From Trichodelitschia bisporula (taxonomy: Eukaryota): a stretch of DNA of 64,000 bases. A model generated the notes under the pieces. The model saw only the letters and a program-made list of their open reading frames with translations. It did not search any database and was not told the DNA's origin. The DNA lies in assembly GCA_010356995.1 (NCBI GenBank), contig ML996688.1:124001-188000 (forward strand), written 5' to 3'. This document shows positions 62,323 through 64,000 of this stretch, piece after piece; the first letter of the stretch is position 1; each line of letters begins with the position of its first letter. A program made the translations under genes and the position numbers.

Positions 62323-62794
62323 GCTATCTCGCCGTTATGATCTCGACGAACGTATGCCCTTCAACGCTCGGGTTGGAGGCTCTTTGTGAATGATATCTCT
62401 ACTTTATTTACGACTGGCGTACACGGCGGGGGAGTCCTGTGTATGGTTTATGATCGGGGCGTAGAATAGTGGTTTATGGTTCGGATGATGAGCCGCGCTT
62501 GAGGGGCGGAACCTCGTGAACCCGGACCGTAGTTCTCTTCCCAGCTCAACTATGGAAACTCCTCTAGGTGCATTCACCGTTAACCGCCTATCGCGCTTCT
62601 ACTAAGCCTGCTCTCGAGCATTGCATCTCGACTATCTCTCGCATCACCCCCCCCCCCCGTCCCAATCCGGCAAGGCTAGCGAGCCTTCCGCGGACCGGAC
62701 GAACGTTTTCCCCCTCCGCCCCGCCGCGCCTCCTCCGCCGGAGACTTTTCAATCCCAAGGCTGAACATCCCCACATCACCACAACGCCTCGCCC

Positions 62795-64000
62795 ATGCTA
62801 ACTCGTCGCTCCTTACAAGGCCACCGCGCCATCGCGCTCTGGGGCCACACACCCCGCACCCGACCCCTCGCTCCATCCCGCTGCTTCGCCACCGTCAGCG
62901 ATTCGCAGTACGCAACCCTCCGCCCTCGAAGACAGACAAATCGCTAACACCTCACAGACCCTTCGATGTCGTCGTCGTCGGCGGCGGTCACGCCGGCGCC
63001 GAAGCCAGCGCCGCGGCCGCGCGCACGGGCGCCCGCACCGCGCTCGTCACGCCCAGTCTTGATAACCTAGGCGTCTGCTCTTGCAACCCGAGTTTCGGGG
63101 GTATAGGGAAGGGGACCATGCTGAAGGAGATTGATGCGTTGGATGGGCTTGTCGGGCGCGTGGTGGATAAGGCGGGGGTGCAGTTCCGAGTGCTGAATCG
63201 GAAGAAGGGGCCTGCGGTGTGGGGTCCGCGGGCGCAGATCGATCGCGAGTTGTATAAGCGGTATATGAGGGAGGAGTTGGTTGGATATCCGAATTTGAGT
63301 GTGGTGGAGGGTAGCGTGGCGGATGTTGTTGTTGATAAGGAGGGGGATGGGGAGCATGGGCGGATTGTGGGGGTTAGGTTGGAGGGGGGGAGGGTTGTGG
63401 CTACGAATAATGTGGTTATTACTACGGGGACGTTTTTGGGGGGCGAGATTCATATCGGTGAGTTGGATGGGGCGGTTGGAGCGAGGGGCTGACGATATAG
63501 GCCTCAAGTGCTTCCCCGCCGGCCGCATGGGCGAAGCCGCCACCTTCGGCCTCAGCAAATCGCTCCGCGAAGCAGGTTTCCAACTCGGACGACTAAAAAC
63601 CGGCACACCCCCGCGGATAGACCGCAAGACCATCGATTTCTCATCGCTGGAGCCGCAGCCCGGCGACGACCCCCCCATGCCATTCAGCTACCTCAACTCG
63701 CGCGTCGCCGTCGAAAACCAACTCCTGTGCTACATGACGAGCACCAACGCCGAGACCCACGCCATCGTTCGCGCGAACCTAGACAAGAGCATCCACATCC
63801 GCGAAACAGTCAAAGGACCCCGGTACTGCCCCTCGCTCGAATCGAAGGTAATCCGCTTCGCCGACAAGCCCGCGCACCTCATCTGGCTCGAGCCCGAGGG
63901 CTTCGATTCCGACGTCATATACCCGAACGGCATATCCATGACCGTCCCGGAAGACGCCCAAGCCTTACTCCTGCGCACAATCCCCGGCCTCGAGCACGCA
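62795..64000 (+). CDS. MTO1: Mitochondrial tRNA modification enzyme Mto1/GidA, truncated by the window end (introns 62908-62957, 63458-63500)
   Basis: [70 protein letters not shown]. Confidence 0.97.

Overview
GC-rich eukaryotic DNA from a filamentous ascomycete (Pezizomycotina-like), with short GT-AG introns (mostly 40-75 nt) and CTRAY branch sites. The six-frame ORF track fragments most genes, so spliced models were rebuilt by eye. Recognisable conserved genes: APRT, a fasciclin protein, a BED-like Zn-finger/TenA protein, a cNMP-binding F-box/LRR protein, a PIG-L/LmbE deacetylase, DOM34/pelota, a Baeyer-Villiger-type flavin monooxygenase, an SDR, a forkhead transcription factor, cactin, a CFEM-like GPI protein, RRP41, an ERCC6L2/Rad26-like SNF2 helicase, RIM1 and the 5' part of MTO1. 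There are also intron-containing tRNA-Tyr and tRNA-Trp genes. Accessory content: (1) an island at 10-15 kb with a ComEC/Rec2-type metallo-beta-lactamase-fold gene divergent from a frameshifted lectin-like beta-propeller; (2) three related solo LTRs; (3) a 95-aa secreted (RDWDRGGRDG)n repeat peptide gene missed by the ORF track; (4) a decaying repeat gene apparently built from its neighbour's 3' end; (5) a Clr5-domain repeat gene. Also notable are two tandem GC-AG introns in cactin, a tRNA-Trp with an A31.C39 mismatch, and strong C-rich/G-rich skew switching inside genes. No database searches were run. Family calls rest on motifs recognised by eye.
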